Source: Octopus sinensis
Lineage: Eukaryota
Direction of reading: 5' to 3'
Length of the DNA stretch: 64,000 bases
NCBI RefSeq assembly: GCF_006345805.1
Contig: NC_043002.1
Location: forward strand, 81,716,001 to 81,780,000
Under the pieces are notes generated by a model that made no database searches, was not told the DNA's origin, and saw only the letters and a list, made by a program, of their open reading frames with translations. Position numbers and translations under genes: made by a program. This document shows, one piece after another, positions 9,866 through 22,779 of the stretch; the stretch's first letter is position 1, and each line of letters starts with the position of its first letter.

Positions 9866-9965
9866 NNNNNNNNNNNNNNNNNNNNNNNNNNNNNNNNNNN
9901 NNNNNNNNNNNNNNNNNNNNNNNNNNNNNNNNNNNNNNNNNNNNNNNNNNNNNNNNNNNNNNNNN
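9866..9965. other. Assembly gap (100 N)
   Basis: A run of exactly 100 N, which typically marks a gap of unknown size. Confidence 1.
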
Positions 9966-10236
9966 GTATAATTACATTTTGAAAGTTACACAAATAGGCA
10001 TGAATAAATTTGTGTTTTGATTATACGTATGTATATATTCATGTGTCTGTGTATATATATATAATTTGTACATGTATAAAATGCATGTATATATTCATCA
10101 GTATACATACATGTATGTCTGTTTTATATATATGTTTATATACATATATATGTATATACACACACACACATATATATATAAATATATATTTATATTTATA
10201 TATATATATACATAAACACATACATAGATATAAACT

Positions 10237-10748
10237 ATGCGTGGCGGCTGTGTGGTAAAAAGTTTGCTTCCCAACCACATGGTTCTGGGTTCAGTGCCAC
10301 TGCATGGTACCTTGGGCAAGTGTCTTCTACTCTAGCCTCGGGCTGACCAAGGATTTGTGAGTAAATATGCTACACGGAAGCTGAAAGAAGTTCATCGCAT
10401 ATATATATATATATATTTCATATGTATATATACACACATACATATATACAGGGTACCAATAAAGTCACTATACAGTGACTTACTTTTTTAATATAAGTAA
10501 ATGCCTAGTGACTTTATTGGCAACCCTGTGTATTTATGTGTGTGTCTCTTAGTGTCTCTATTTGTCCCTTCACCATCGCTTGACAACCGATGTTGGTGTG
10601 TTTACGCCCCAAAACTTAGTGGTATGGCGAAAGAGAGCAAACAAATAAGCACTAGGTTTCCAAAGAATAAACCCTGGGCATTGATTTGTTTGACTAAAAG
10701 TGGTGCTCCAGCATAGCTACTCAAATGACTGAAACATGTAAAAGAGTA
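10237..10748 (+). mobile_element. SINE family A carrying a nested mini-MITE
   Basis: Head GTGGCGGCTGTGTGG through to the CATGTAAAAGAG tail. Confidence 0.8.
10449..10528. mobile_element. 80-bp Tc1/mariner-type mini-MITE
   Basis: TA|CAGGGTACCAATAAAGTCACTA ... TAGTGACTTTATTGGCAACCCTG, with about 23-bp TIRs, sitting in the SINE's internal (TA)n. Confidence 0.75.
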
Positions 10749-10749
10749 G

Positions 10750-10793
<44 letters not shown>

Positions 10794-11800
10794 TATTTTG
10801 CATGTATCGCGTCCTTGCGTTCTTGGTTTTTTCTGCATTATATTTTTTAGGATTAATTATATATATATAATATATATATATATACACATACATATATAAT
10901 ATATATACTAGTATATACACACCATACACACGGATATTTATATACATTACATATTCATATATATATATATAGTATAAAATATTTTTTATGTGTGTGTGAT
11001 GTAAATATACATATATATATATATATACATCAAACTCTCTCATGCACCAAATGGCGGTGCCCCAGCATGGTCACGGCTTGTGAGCTGAAACTAGATAAAT
11101 AAATAAAAAAAAAATTTTTTTAAATACCTACATATACACACATATATAATTCATCTGATTAAGGCAGGCCTGCTGAAACTCCCAAGTTATTGTTAACTTT
11201 TCCCTGTAAAACTTAGAATGTTCTCGACTGAAAAGTATTCCATACTTCATCAAGATAGCTCACTTTTTAACCATATGGTTTCGGTTTTGCTACTGCCGCA
11301 CAGCGCCTTTGGCAAGTGTTTTCTATTATAGTGCCAGGCCAGCCAATGCCTTGTGAGTAAATATGGCTGATGAAAACAGTGTAGTACCATGCCATATATT
11401 GTGCGGGTGTTTGTGTTTGTCTCTGTCCATCCAACACCAGTTAAGTGGTGTTGGTTTGTTTACGTCTCCATAGCTTTGCGGTTTGGCAAAAGAGATGATA
11501 GTATGGATTACTAAGCTTAAAATGAGTATTAGTCCTGCAGTGCCCCAACATGGCCTTGGTTCAATGGTTGGCTGATGCAAGTAAGTTGAAATAGAAATAG
11601 AAAGAGAAAAAGTTATATAACTTCTCATTAAAAAAAAAAACATTTAATAAAGTTATAAAAACTGTATAGACTCACACCTATGTGTATTTATGTGTGTGCG
11701 CACACATATATGTATGCATAAAAATGTATATATTTGTGCATATATCCACATATGTGCATATGTGTGTGTATAATATATATAATATATATATATATATATA

Positions 11801-12193
11801 TAATACACACATGCATATATTTATAGATGACGCTTATGTTTGGTGGGCGAACACAATGGCTAAGGTTACTACTTCCTGACTGGGCCGTTCCGGGTTCAGG
11901 TCCTACTGCATGGCACCTCAGGCCTTTGGTCAGCCAGAGCATTTTTGAGAGAGTTTGGCATGTGATTTCGAATGATGTTAATTATATATGTATGTGTGTT
12001 TGTTTACATTTGCACTCTTCAGTAGTCACGGTCTGTGAGCTTTGTGCTATGTATGACTTGACTAATATGTATATAGTATATGTATATTTACAAATACACA
12101 TTTTTCCAGTGTTTTATATATATATGTATGTGTATGTGCATATATAAAAATTACATTCATTTATATGTTTAGAAGTGTTTATGTAAATACTGT

Positions 12194-12226
<33 letters not shown>

Positions 12227-12698
12227 GTACCTATATATTTATTTTATTGCCCACAGAGGGCTAAACGTAGAGGTGACAAACAAGGACAGACAAAGGGTTT
12301 AAGTCGATTACATCAACTCCAGTGCGTAACTGGTACTTATTTAACTGACCCCGAAAGGATGGAAGGCAAAGTCGACCGTGGCAGAATTTGAACATAAAGA
12401 CAGACGAAATACCGCTAAGCATTTTCCCTGGCATGCTAATGGCTAATTATTCTGCCAGCTGCCACCTATATGTACTTATATAATATATTTATGTGTACAT
12501 ACACTTATATGTATATGAGATAACTTGAAAATTTAAGTAAGGGTTAGTGACAGGAAAGGCATCAAGCTGCAAAACCAATACCTCAGTATGAGCATCTAAC
12601 CCATGCTGGTATGGAACACATGTAAAACAACTGAAGTAGTGTGTGTGTACACATATCCATACACACATGTATGTATATATACATGCATATATATGTGT

Positions 12699-12741
<43 letters not shown>

Positions 12742-13652
12742 CACACATGCATATTTTATAGATGACGCTTATGTTTGGTGGGCGAACACAATGGCTAAGG
12801 TTACTACTACTCCTGACTGGGCCGTTCCGGGTTCAGGTCCTACTGCATGGCAACCTCAGGCCTTTGGTCAGCCAGAGCATTTTTGAGAGAGTTTGGCATG
12901 TGATGTCTGAATGAGGTTAATTATATATGTATGTGTGTTTGTTTACATTTGCACTCTTCAGTAGTCACGGTCTGTGAGCTTTGTGCTATGTATGACTTGA
13001 CTAATATGTATATAGTATATGTATAATTTTACAAATACACATTTTTCCAGTGTTTTATATAATATGTATGTGTATGTGCATATATAAAAATTACATTCAT
13101 TTATATGTTTAGAGTGTTTATGTAAATACTGTGCACACACACACACACACACACACACACAATGTACCTATATATTTATTTTATTGCCACAGAGGGCTAA
13201 ACGTAGAGGTGACAAACAAGGACAGACAAAGGGTTTAAGTCGATTACATCAACTCCAGTGCGTAACTGGTACTTATTTAACTGACCCCGAAAGGATGGAA
13301 GGCAAAGTCGACCGTGGCAGAATTTGAACATAAAGACAGACGAAATACCGCTAAGCATTTTCCCTGCATGCTAATGGCTAATTATTCTGCCAGCTTGCCA
13401 CCTATAGTACTTATATAATATATTTATGTGTACATACACTTATATGTATAATGAGATAACTTGAAAATTTAAGTAAGGGTAGTGACAGGAAAGGCATCAA
13501 GCTGCAAACCAACCCTCAGTATGAGCATCTAACCCATGCTGGTATGGAACACATGTAAAACAACTGAAGTAGTGTGTGTGTACACATATCCATACACACA
13601 TGTATGTATATATACATGCATATATATGTGTGTGTGTGTATATATATATATA
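11801..13652. repeat. Tandem duplication of a ~937-bp unit (11801-12737 and 12738-13652)
   Basis: Both copies carry the same SINE A head, SINE B (-) and RTE-tail fragments. The differences are mostly 1-bp indels. Confidence 0.95.
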
Positions 13653-13892
13653 TCCATGTTGGCTATGCACCTTATTTCAGGTGCATAAATGAAGCACAGG
13701 CATAAATAGACGCACCCCAATTTCAGTGGCACATGTTCAAGAGAAAAAGGGATTTAGCGCATTAAAGCCTATGAAAGGGCCTGACTTTGATTATCAAACC
13801 CAGAGTCACATTTTAAATAAAAATGTGTTTAGAAAAACATGAATCTCCTGTTCCATCAGATATACGCGCACACACACATACATACGCATATT

Positions 13893-13934
<42 letters not shown>

Positions 13935-14065
13935 CTTCATCATTTAATGTCCTGGTGTATGGTTAAAATGTTTCCTTTGTCATTTCTAATTGCATTCAAG
14001 TCACTTCCTGTTGAATTGATCTAACCCAATATAAATGAAGTTAGGCTTGGTATATATGCCTTGTT

Positions 14066-14300
14066 AAAGGCGGCGAGCTGGCAGAAACGTTAGCATGCCG
14101 GGCGAAATGCTTGGCGGTATTTCATCTGCCGCTACATTCTGAGTTCAAATTCCGCCGAAGTCGACTTTGCCTTTCATCCTTTCGGGTGTCAATTAAATAA
14201 GTACCAGTTACGCACTGGTGTCGATATAATCGACTTAATCCGTTTGTCCTTGTTGGTCCCCTCTGTGTTTAGCCCCTTGTGGGTAGTAAAGAAATAGGTA
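14066..14300 (+). mobile_element. SINE family B (tail B1), near-intact
   Basis: AGGCGGCGAGCTGGCAGAAACGTTAGC head through to the GTAAAGAAATA tail. Confidence 0.85.
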
Positions 14301-14363
14301 TATATATATCTGTTGTTGGTTTGCATTTGGGTGTTTGTGCCATATATATAAAGGTGTTTGTAC

Positions 14364-14409
<46 letters not shown>

Positions 14410-14624
14410 GTACAGACATCCAAACATTACGTATAGTATGTAGCTTACTTCCCATCCATGCGGGTTTGAGATTAGTCCTACTGCATAGCACCATGAGCAA
14501 ACGTTTTCTACTTTAGCCCCGGGCCAATGAAAGCCTTATTAGTGGATTCAATGGGCAGTAACTGAAGGAATAGTGTGTGTGTGTGTGTGTGTGTGTATTT
14601 TAACATCATTATGGTTGTAACTAA

Positions 14625-14860
14625 TTAAGGCGGCATGCTGGCCAAATCGTTGGCGCACCGCGAAAAATGCTTAAAGGCATCTCATCCGCCTTTATATCCT
14701 AAGTTCAAATTCCACCAAAGTTGACTTTGCCTGTCAGTCTTTTGGTGCGGGGAGTTGATGAAAGATCTACCAGTCGAACACTGGGTTCGATATAATTGAC
14801 TAGGGCCCCCTGTCCCCAAACATGCTGGCTTTGTGCCAAAATTTGAAACCATCGTGGCTT
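14625..14860 (+). mobile_element. SINE family B (tail B2-like), diverged
   Basis: B head and body with a CCCCAAA...CTTTGTGCCAAAATTTG tail. Confidence 0.6.
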
Positions 14861-15574
14861 TGAATTGGTAAATATGCATCTCTGTCTTATATAAGCGATG
14901 TTGTTTGCTTCTGATCTCCTATGAAAAAAACATATCTGGCCATAGGGAAATATTAGCTCAACTGGAAACAGGTGATGGTGGGCAACACCAAGGGCAAATC
15001 CATCTCAACAAATTCTCTCTGATACATGCGAGCCTGGAAAGGTGCACGTTAAATGTTGATGATGGTTTATACAGGTGTGTGTGTGTGTGTGTGTGTACCT
15101 GCATATGTCAATATGTGTTTGTTTCACCATGCCTTTCAACAGTGGCAGCTTGGCTAAGGACTCCCGAAGAATATTTTTTCTGCTACTTTGTGATCTGTAA
15201 TGGCATAAAAAAATTGTTTGTGGCTTTGAAATTTATGCATGGGTTGGTATCAGGATGGGCATCGAGCGATTGATTCTTTTGCAACCTACACCCAAATTTT
15301 ATTGCATATCTTTTTTCTCACCTTATTAAAAGGATAGGCAGGAAATTTAAAGGTGAACTAGTAAATCAAAAAAGAAAATAAATTTTTAAGACCACTGCAT
15401 GTGTGTGTGTGTGTGTGTGTGTGTTCCTGTGTGTTTGGGTCACAAGTCAGAGTGAAAAGTGTACTTGAAAATGTTAGAGTGGATTAATAATATTTGTTCA
15501 AAGCTGAGTTACTGACTGACTGACTCTAAGTAGTTACTCATGTGGACTTAGTTTGGAATAAACATTTTAAATAC

Positions 15575-15762
15575 GTGTGTGTGTGTATGTGCTTTGTTCC
15601 CTCTCCTGCTCCCAGCTGCTTAGCAACTGGTACTGGTATGTTTACATCCCTGCAACTTAGCGGACTCAGTCCCACTGCATGGCACCTTGGGCAAATGTCT
15701 TCTACTATAGCCTTGAGTGAATTTGGTAGACCAGAAACTGAAAGAAGCCCATCATGTATATA

Positions 15763-15804
<42 letters not shown>

Positions 15805-16023
15805 CTATGTGTTGTGTGTGTTGTTTTGTTCCTCGCTATGACTTGAAAACAGATGTTTGTTTGTTTATGTCCCTGCAACTTAGTGACTTAGTCCTACTTC
15901 ATGGTGCCTTGAGCAAGTGTCTTCCATATCTTGTGAGTAAATTTTGTAGAAGAAGAAAAGAAGCCTCTGTGTGTGTATATATACATATATATTATATATA
16001 CATATTGACACACCACATATATA

Positions 16024-16067
<44 letters not shown>

Positions 16068-16290
16068 CATACACACCAATACACTTATACATACATACGT
16101 ATATATATATATATGTATACACACATATATGTATACACACATTGTGTTTTGTTTCTGCCTGTTGCTTGAAAATAGGTGTTAGTTTATTTGTGTCCCCATA
16201 ACTTAGCAGAATCAGTCTGACTGTAGGCCATTTTAGACAAGTGTTTTCTACGATAATCTTGGGCCCACCAATTCTTTGGGAGTATAAGAG
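15575..16290 (+). repeat. Head-to-tail concatemer of a permuted internal segment of SINE A (3 junctions)
   Basis: The junction AACTTAG(C/T)-x-TCAGTC recurs at about 15655-15675, 15878-15900 and 16201-16222. Confidence 0.65.
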
Positions 16291-16469
16291 TGTGTAAGCA
16301 TTATTTTATTAAGACTTATACCTACACCACCTAATATTATGTATGTAAATATATATAGATAGATAGCTATAGGTAGATATGTGTATACGCACACATATGG
16401 AAGTACATAGGTATATGCTTATATATAAATATGTATGTTATGTATATATGTTTGTATGAAAATATATTT

Positions 16470-16503
<34 letters not shown>

Positions 16504-17408
16504 TTACATCTATTTGAAAGAATATATGTGTATATATGTGAATATAATTATATTTGTGTGTGTGTGTGTACACCCCCCCAAATGCTATAATATATATATA
16601 TATATATATATATGCAGAGCACACATGTATACATGTGTGTGTGTCTGCGGTATAAGTTGTGTGTAAAAAGATCTAAAGGCCTTTATTGAGATTAATTACT
16701 TGAGATGTATTAAAACTGTTTTCAAAGATTTAAACATGCTTTATATTTTATTGAAAAACTGTATATACTACTTTCGAGGTTCAATATAATATAATAAAAC
16801 ACTTGATTTCATTTCTCGTCGGTTTTATCTTCCTGCATAGAAACAAATGAGTGTGTGCGTATATATTTATATATGTATGTATATCTGTCTATAAACATAT
16901 ATATATAAATATATATGCGTATGTATGTATATATATATATATGCACACACACACACACATACATATATACATACATATTGACTGGAATATCTAACTATAT
17001 TATGTACGCAGTAAAGCATATGTGTTTATCTGGTTTCATACACACCTATTGCATTTTAATTAATACTTCATACACAAGAATAATTCCTGAATCACACCAA
17101 CATGCTTATGTGTTTCCTGAAATATGTCTATATTAAATATTGTTTTTATATGGTTACACTTTAGACAAAAATAAATTTCGTCTCTGTGAATATTATATCA
17201 TCTATCCAGTGCTTATGTACTTTGTATAATGAGTTTAATACACATTTTTGAGTATGTGCAAATTTTATCTAAATATATGAGACATTTTCTCACGTTATAT
17301 ATGTGTGTGTGTATTTTTATATATATATATACATACATACATATATACACACACACACATACACATGTGTGGTAAATACCCATACTAAATGGTATTTTAT
17401 GATTGATA

Positions 17409-17448
<40 letters not shown>

Positions 17449-17529
17449 CATATATATGGTTTTGTTATTTTATATACATGTTTCTTCAGCACGTATACTC
17501 TAGTTTATGATTGTAGTTCTTTCTAGTTG

Positions 17530-17572
17530 ATACATATGATATATATATATTACTGCAACGTATGTGTTTGTA

Positions 17573-17611
<39 letters not shown>

Positions 17612-18024
17612 TGCAATGTGTGTATGTATATGTGTGTGTATATATATAATATATATGTGTACATATACATACATAGGTATAAGTATTTTTATATATAAAC
17701 ATATATATTACAGATATTGTTTCATTGTTATATATATTTATATGTATGTACATATATATCTTTATGTGCACATTTATGTATGTGTGTGTGTGTATATATA
17801 TATATATATAATATATATATATAATATATAATACTTTATATATATAATATATATATATATATTATATAATACATTTATATATATATATATATAATACATT
17901 TATATATATATATATTATAATACATTTATATATATATATATGAATATATTGTACATTACATATAGTTTTATATATTTATATTTATGCATACATCTATATA
18001 GATAAATTTATATGTATATATGTT

Positions 18025-18057
<33 letters not shown>

Positions 18058-18170
18058 TAATGTGCATATATTTGTGTCTATATATGTGTGCTTATGTGTG
18101 TGCGTGTGGATATATATATATGTATATTTATATTTTGATATATATATATATTTGTTTACATGTATATCAT
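17530..18170. repeat. (TA)/(TG)-derived low-complexity tract
   Basis: Direct reading; contains repeated TAATACATTTATATATA units. Confidence 0.9.
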
Positions 18171-18955
18171 CATGCACACATTATCATATGTTTGTTGGTG
18201 AATCAAGTATCACCTTTCGATTCCTCATTAGTGCAATTTAATTTATTTCTATATTACAATTTTAATAATTATTAACGTTTCTTTACGTAATATTTAGTTA
18301 CAAAGACTCCCGTCGAGTCTTAAGGCCACGTTTCCACGAGTGTGTCGCTCGTGTGAATGTGTGTCATTCATGCCTCTGCACTCACTATTTCCTCTTAGTC
18401 ACTTTTTTTTAAATCTCTGGGAAACATTAAATGTGAAACAAACACAGTTTTCATTTAAAGTATAACGATTAAAGCTCACGTTGTAGTGAGAAAAGAGCAT
18501 GTTGAAGATTGATGGTTTGTTTAGGAGGCAGAACTAAACACTCTCACACACACGTGCATCAAGTCAGTGCTCTCCGCACTCAGACACACATACACATGCC
18601 TTTTTATATGCATATGTATGCCCTCATGGAATGTCTTCACCTTTAGTGTCTGTACTATGTGAATTCTCTCCCCTGGAGATAGATGAAATGCTTGTCTTAT
18701 CAAAAGTGATTGCTTGTGACACAGAAAGCGGTTTTTGTCCTTTTGATCTTATATGGATGTGGGTTTCCACCTGCCTTGGGCCTTCCTTAAACCTTTACAT
18801 GTAACAGATATATCTTTGCTGCGGATTTATTGCTTCTCCTTTTAAGAAACCGCCTTTTTTTCCCCCCCTCCTGTTTTCCTATCTTTATTTCTCTGAAGTT
18901 TAGGTTGTAAAATAGCGATTATATATCTCCCTGTGTTTTGAGTGTGTGAGAGAGA

Positions 18956-18992
<37 letters not shown>

Positions 18993-19069
18993 TGATGTGA
19001 AGGTACTTATGCATGTGTGCAAGTGGATTTGCTTACATATGTGTGTGTGTATGTATGTGTATATATATG

Positions 19070-19118
<49 letters not shown>

Positions 19119-19264
19119 TATATATACACATACACACACACACAACAATATATACTCAACATACATATTGTAGTACAGGTATTGATTGTTAATTATAGAA
19201 TTAAGGTGTCTACAAATAAAAAGTGCGCAGTGCATTTGAATGTGTCAGTGTGTGTGTGTGTTGT

Positions 19265-19475
19265 GGTTTCAAATTTTGGCACAAGACCAGCAATTTTAGG
19301 GGAGTGGGTAACTTGATTACATCAACCCCAGCCCTCAACTGGTACTTACTTTATTGACCCCAAAAGGATGAAAGGCAATGTTCACCTTCGTGGAATTTGA
19401 ACTCAGAAGGTAAAAATAGGCAAAATGCCACTAAGCATTTTCTCCAGTATGCTAACGATTCTGCCAGCTTGCCAT
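19265..19475 (-). mobile_element. SINE family B (tail B2)
   Basis: Reverse complement of the B body (CTGCCAGCTTGCC end). Confidence 0.7.
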
Positions 19476-19759
19476 ACATATAAACAGTGTTTTCCACTGT
19501 TTTCATGTTACTCTGGTTAGTTTGAAATAAATGCCTGTGTTTGTGTGTGTATTAAGATGTATATTTATACACACTAATATGTATGCACATATATACATAT
19601 ATATTTATATTCACATATATACATATATTTGTCCATGCACACATGCTTGTTTATATACGTTCAATGATGAATTTTATGTGAGGATAGTTTATGAAGTTTC
19701 AGCCCTTAGTTTTCTTCTGTTCATCATAGTCTTTCTTACAGTGTATCACAGTGGATTTA

Positions 19760-21400
19760 AAAAACTTGATGCCATTGGGAAGTCCTATATACTGACAATC
19801 TGATTCTAATAAGGGAATCTGAGAGAAAATTCCATTCATGGACGCTAAACCTGGAATTGAGAGGTCTCAAAGCAAACCTAGCAAAGACTAAGGTATTAGT
19901 AAGAAAGAAGACAAGGAACCTCGTATCTTCAGGAAAATGGACTTCCTCAATCTACAAGGAAGGTGTAGGTATAAATTCACTTCATATTCTGTACCCAGTA
20001 TAAGCTATGAACAGGCACAGGGAAATTACAGGTAGACTAACATAGAAAGTAAGCTTTATATGTGACAGATGCTTTGGAGCAGTACATACTTCGAACACAC
20101 TAGAAATAGTTCTCTTAAATGCCCAGATGGCTCACTGAGAGTAGTCAATAGCTTTTGTTATTGTAATTAATAAAAAAGTTTTTGTTACTGTAACTAGCAG
20201 GAGAAGTGGTTGCTCCAAAAGTATAGTGGCATAAGAATAGAGTGGTGAAAGTTCAGTGCACATCTGCCACTGTTGGGCAACAAAAGTATTTTCCCTGAGA
20301 GTGAAGGGTAGCTTCTATAATGCTTGTGTTAGAACAGTGGTGCTGCACGGTTGCAAGACATGAACCTTAATACAAAGAATTAAGAAGACTGCTAGTATGG
20401 TCATATGATGTGTATGGATGAGGACAGCTGTGTAAAGAGATAACAACGGACTGGCTTGACTATTGATTTGTGATCCTCAAGAAGAAGACTCACCTTACAT
20501 GTATGCACGATTGAGTCTTTTACCCAATTTCATCCCCATCATGCCACCCTTCATATCAAACTGCAGCTTTTTCCTTGATACCCATCCCTCATAATACTGT
20601 CCTCTTCACTCACATTTTACATTGATCTCATCTCCTCTTGAGTTACCAAATCATTTTACTTTCTCCAGTATATGTTTCACAATCTTCTCATGCATTCCGC
20701 CTGCCTATCTCTTTCTCCTGTCATTTCATCGTTACTATTTTGCTACTCTTCACCTTCCATCATAATTGGTCACCTCACCCCTTAACCACCATTTACTACA
20801 TCCACTTCTCAATCCTACCCAGTCTCTACAGTTGTCACCTACTCTTCCCTACTTCTCCTACTTATCATCTACTCACGACTTATTTTTCATTTATTATATA
20901 TACCACCTCAGCCATTCCCTCTCTCTTCCTTACACCCTTGTAACTTCCCACTCATACTTGATCCTCCCACTTCTCGCCTTGGAGATTTACACAATCTATT
21001 CATCTATTTTCATCTTATCTCTGCTCCATCCCTGAGCACCGCCCCACACAATCCTAAATTGTGTGTAGTCATGTGGACCCTCTACAGCAAGAAACTTATT
21101 CTATTCTGGGTGTTTCTCTCATACTTTAACTCCTCATCTCCTGGCATAAAAGCTACCTCTTTCAGGAGTCATCATCTTTTCAAATGTCATGGCAGCCATG
21201 CTAGTGTTGGTAGTACAAAAACAAACACAAAGAAACACCCCATACATGCAGTAAAGTGGTTGGCATTAGGAAGATCATTGAGTCATAAAACCTATGCCAA
21301 AGTAGACAGTAGAGCAGGATACACTCCTTAGTCCTGTTGGATCTTGTCAAACCATCCAGCCCATGCCAGCATGAAACAAGAACATTAAATGATGATGTAG
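19760..21400 (+). mobile_element. Degraded RTE-clade LINE (RT C-terminus, pyrimidine-rich 3' region, (GAT)n tail)
   Basis: From 19770 it reads CHWEVLYTDNLILIRESERKFHSWTLNLELRGLKANLAKTKVLV...GKW, with a decayed YADD. The 3' end CCATCCAGCCCATGCCAGCATG...TAAATGATGATG is shared with many short copies. Confidence 0.75.
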
Positions 21401-21479
21401 ATATATCTGTGTGTGTGTGTGTGTGTGCATATATGAATATTCACACATGTGTTCAGCTGCTGTTTCATTACTGAGCATT

Positions 21480-22440
21480 TGTATGACTGGAACAGCAAAA
21501 GCTCAATCATTTGAATGTAGATGGAGTTATATTTCAACTTTGCAAAGGCCTTTGATAAAGGTGATCCTGATCATGGAATATGTCGTAAATCTGCATGATT
21601 TCAGCATGGTTCAGAATCTAGGAAGATGGTTGCGTGACTTTTTTTAAAAAGTAGCGGTGGTGTGGTAGCAGCCAACAATGTTTTCTCAGGGACCTGTACT
21701 AGGGCCATAGTTGTTTTGGCTCTTTCAGCTATAACCCTGAGTCGTTCCAACATTCCAGCAGCACTTCTCACTAGCTACCCTAATTGTATAAAAGTATCCC
21801 AGGCAATTAAGAACCCTGATAATATCACATAGCTACAGTGAGTGCCATATACAAATGAGCTGAAAATGGAAAGCATGCTGTATGTACAATGCTGTAAAAT
21901 TTTCATATGATCCATTATCCCATAAAACTGTCTCAGAATACTTTGGACTAGGAAGGATTATAATCCCCAAATCACAATCAGTGCATGACTGGAATCTATG
22001 AGTAATGATGCATCATTCCATCACATATTACTAAGATGACAACAATGTGCAAGCAACTGACTGGCTTGATTCTGAGATCATTCAGAAGAAGAGAACAAGG
22101 AAGCCATGTTGCTCTTGTAGAAGCCGTTTGAACTATTGCTCCCAATTATGGTCACTACATGGTGCCAAAATAACTATGTAACTTGGCAGTCTAATACTAA
22201 TATATTTAGAATATTGTGTAACTGTTGAGCTGCTAGCAGAGGTTGACAGAACTGAGACACTCAACTCTGGAGTGAAGATCTGAATGATCCAGTGTTATTT
22301 ATATAAAAGACCCTGGAGGGTGTAGTACCAAACTTAAAGATTGGAAGCAATATTGACCCAGTCCATGAACTGGTCACTCTATCAGAGCACTGTTTTGCCA
22401 ATTCAGAAGAGAGAAAGAGAGTGGAGAATTTCTCTGGGTA
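21480..22440 (+). mobile_element. Degraded CR1/L2-clade LINE RT fragment
   Basis: FNFAKAFDK..DHGI...LHDFSMVQNLGRWLRDFF and QGPVLGP* motifs, with multiple stops and frameshifts. Confidence 0.7.
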
Positions 22441-22779
22441 TTTGATTGATACTTTATTTATCGACTCTGGGAGGGATGAAGTGTAGAGTTGATTGCCAAT
22501 GGGATTTGAACACGGAACAGTTACCAAGAGGCTTTAAGCCTGATATACTAACAATTCTCTCAGTTGATTACTTTTACATGTATATGTGCAACCTAGCACT
22601 TTTGCAGGCATTTTTTCTTGCTCGTGTGAGGATTAGCCTTGCAAGTGTCTTCGTCAGTTCATTGTAGCATTTGTTGTTGTTTTTTCAGGCAGTGTTTTGC
22701 ACTAAACTTCTTCACACTTCCTTATGACATACAAACCCTGTATCGGAGACAATAACATATGTGAATGTACCAAAATTAC

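Noticed and set aside
13660-13685. 8-bp hairpin ATGCACCT-TATTTC-AGGTGCAT
   Set aside because: Too short to be significant; no miRNA-length stem.
22600-22660. CTGACGA on the minus strand as a hammerhead core
   Set aside because: No stem II closing onto GAAA.
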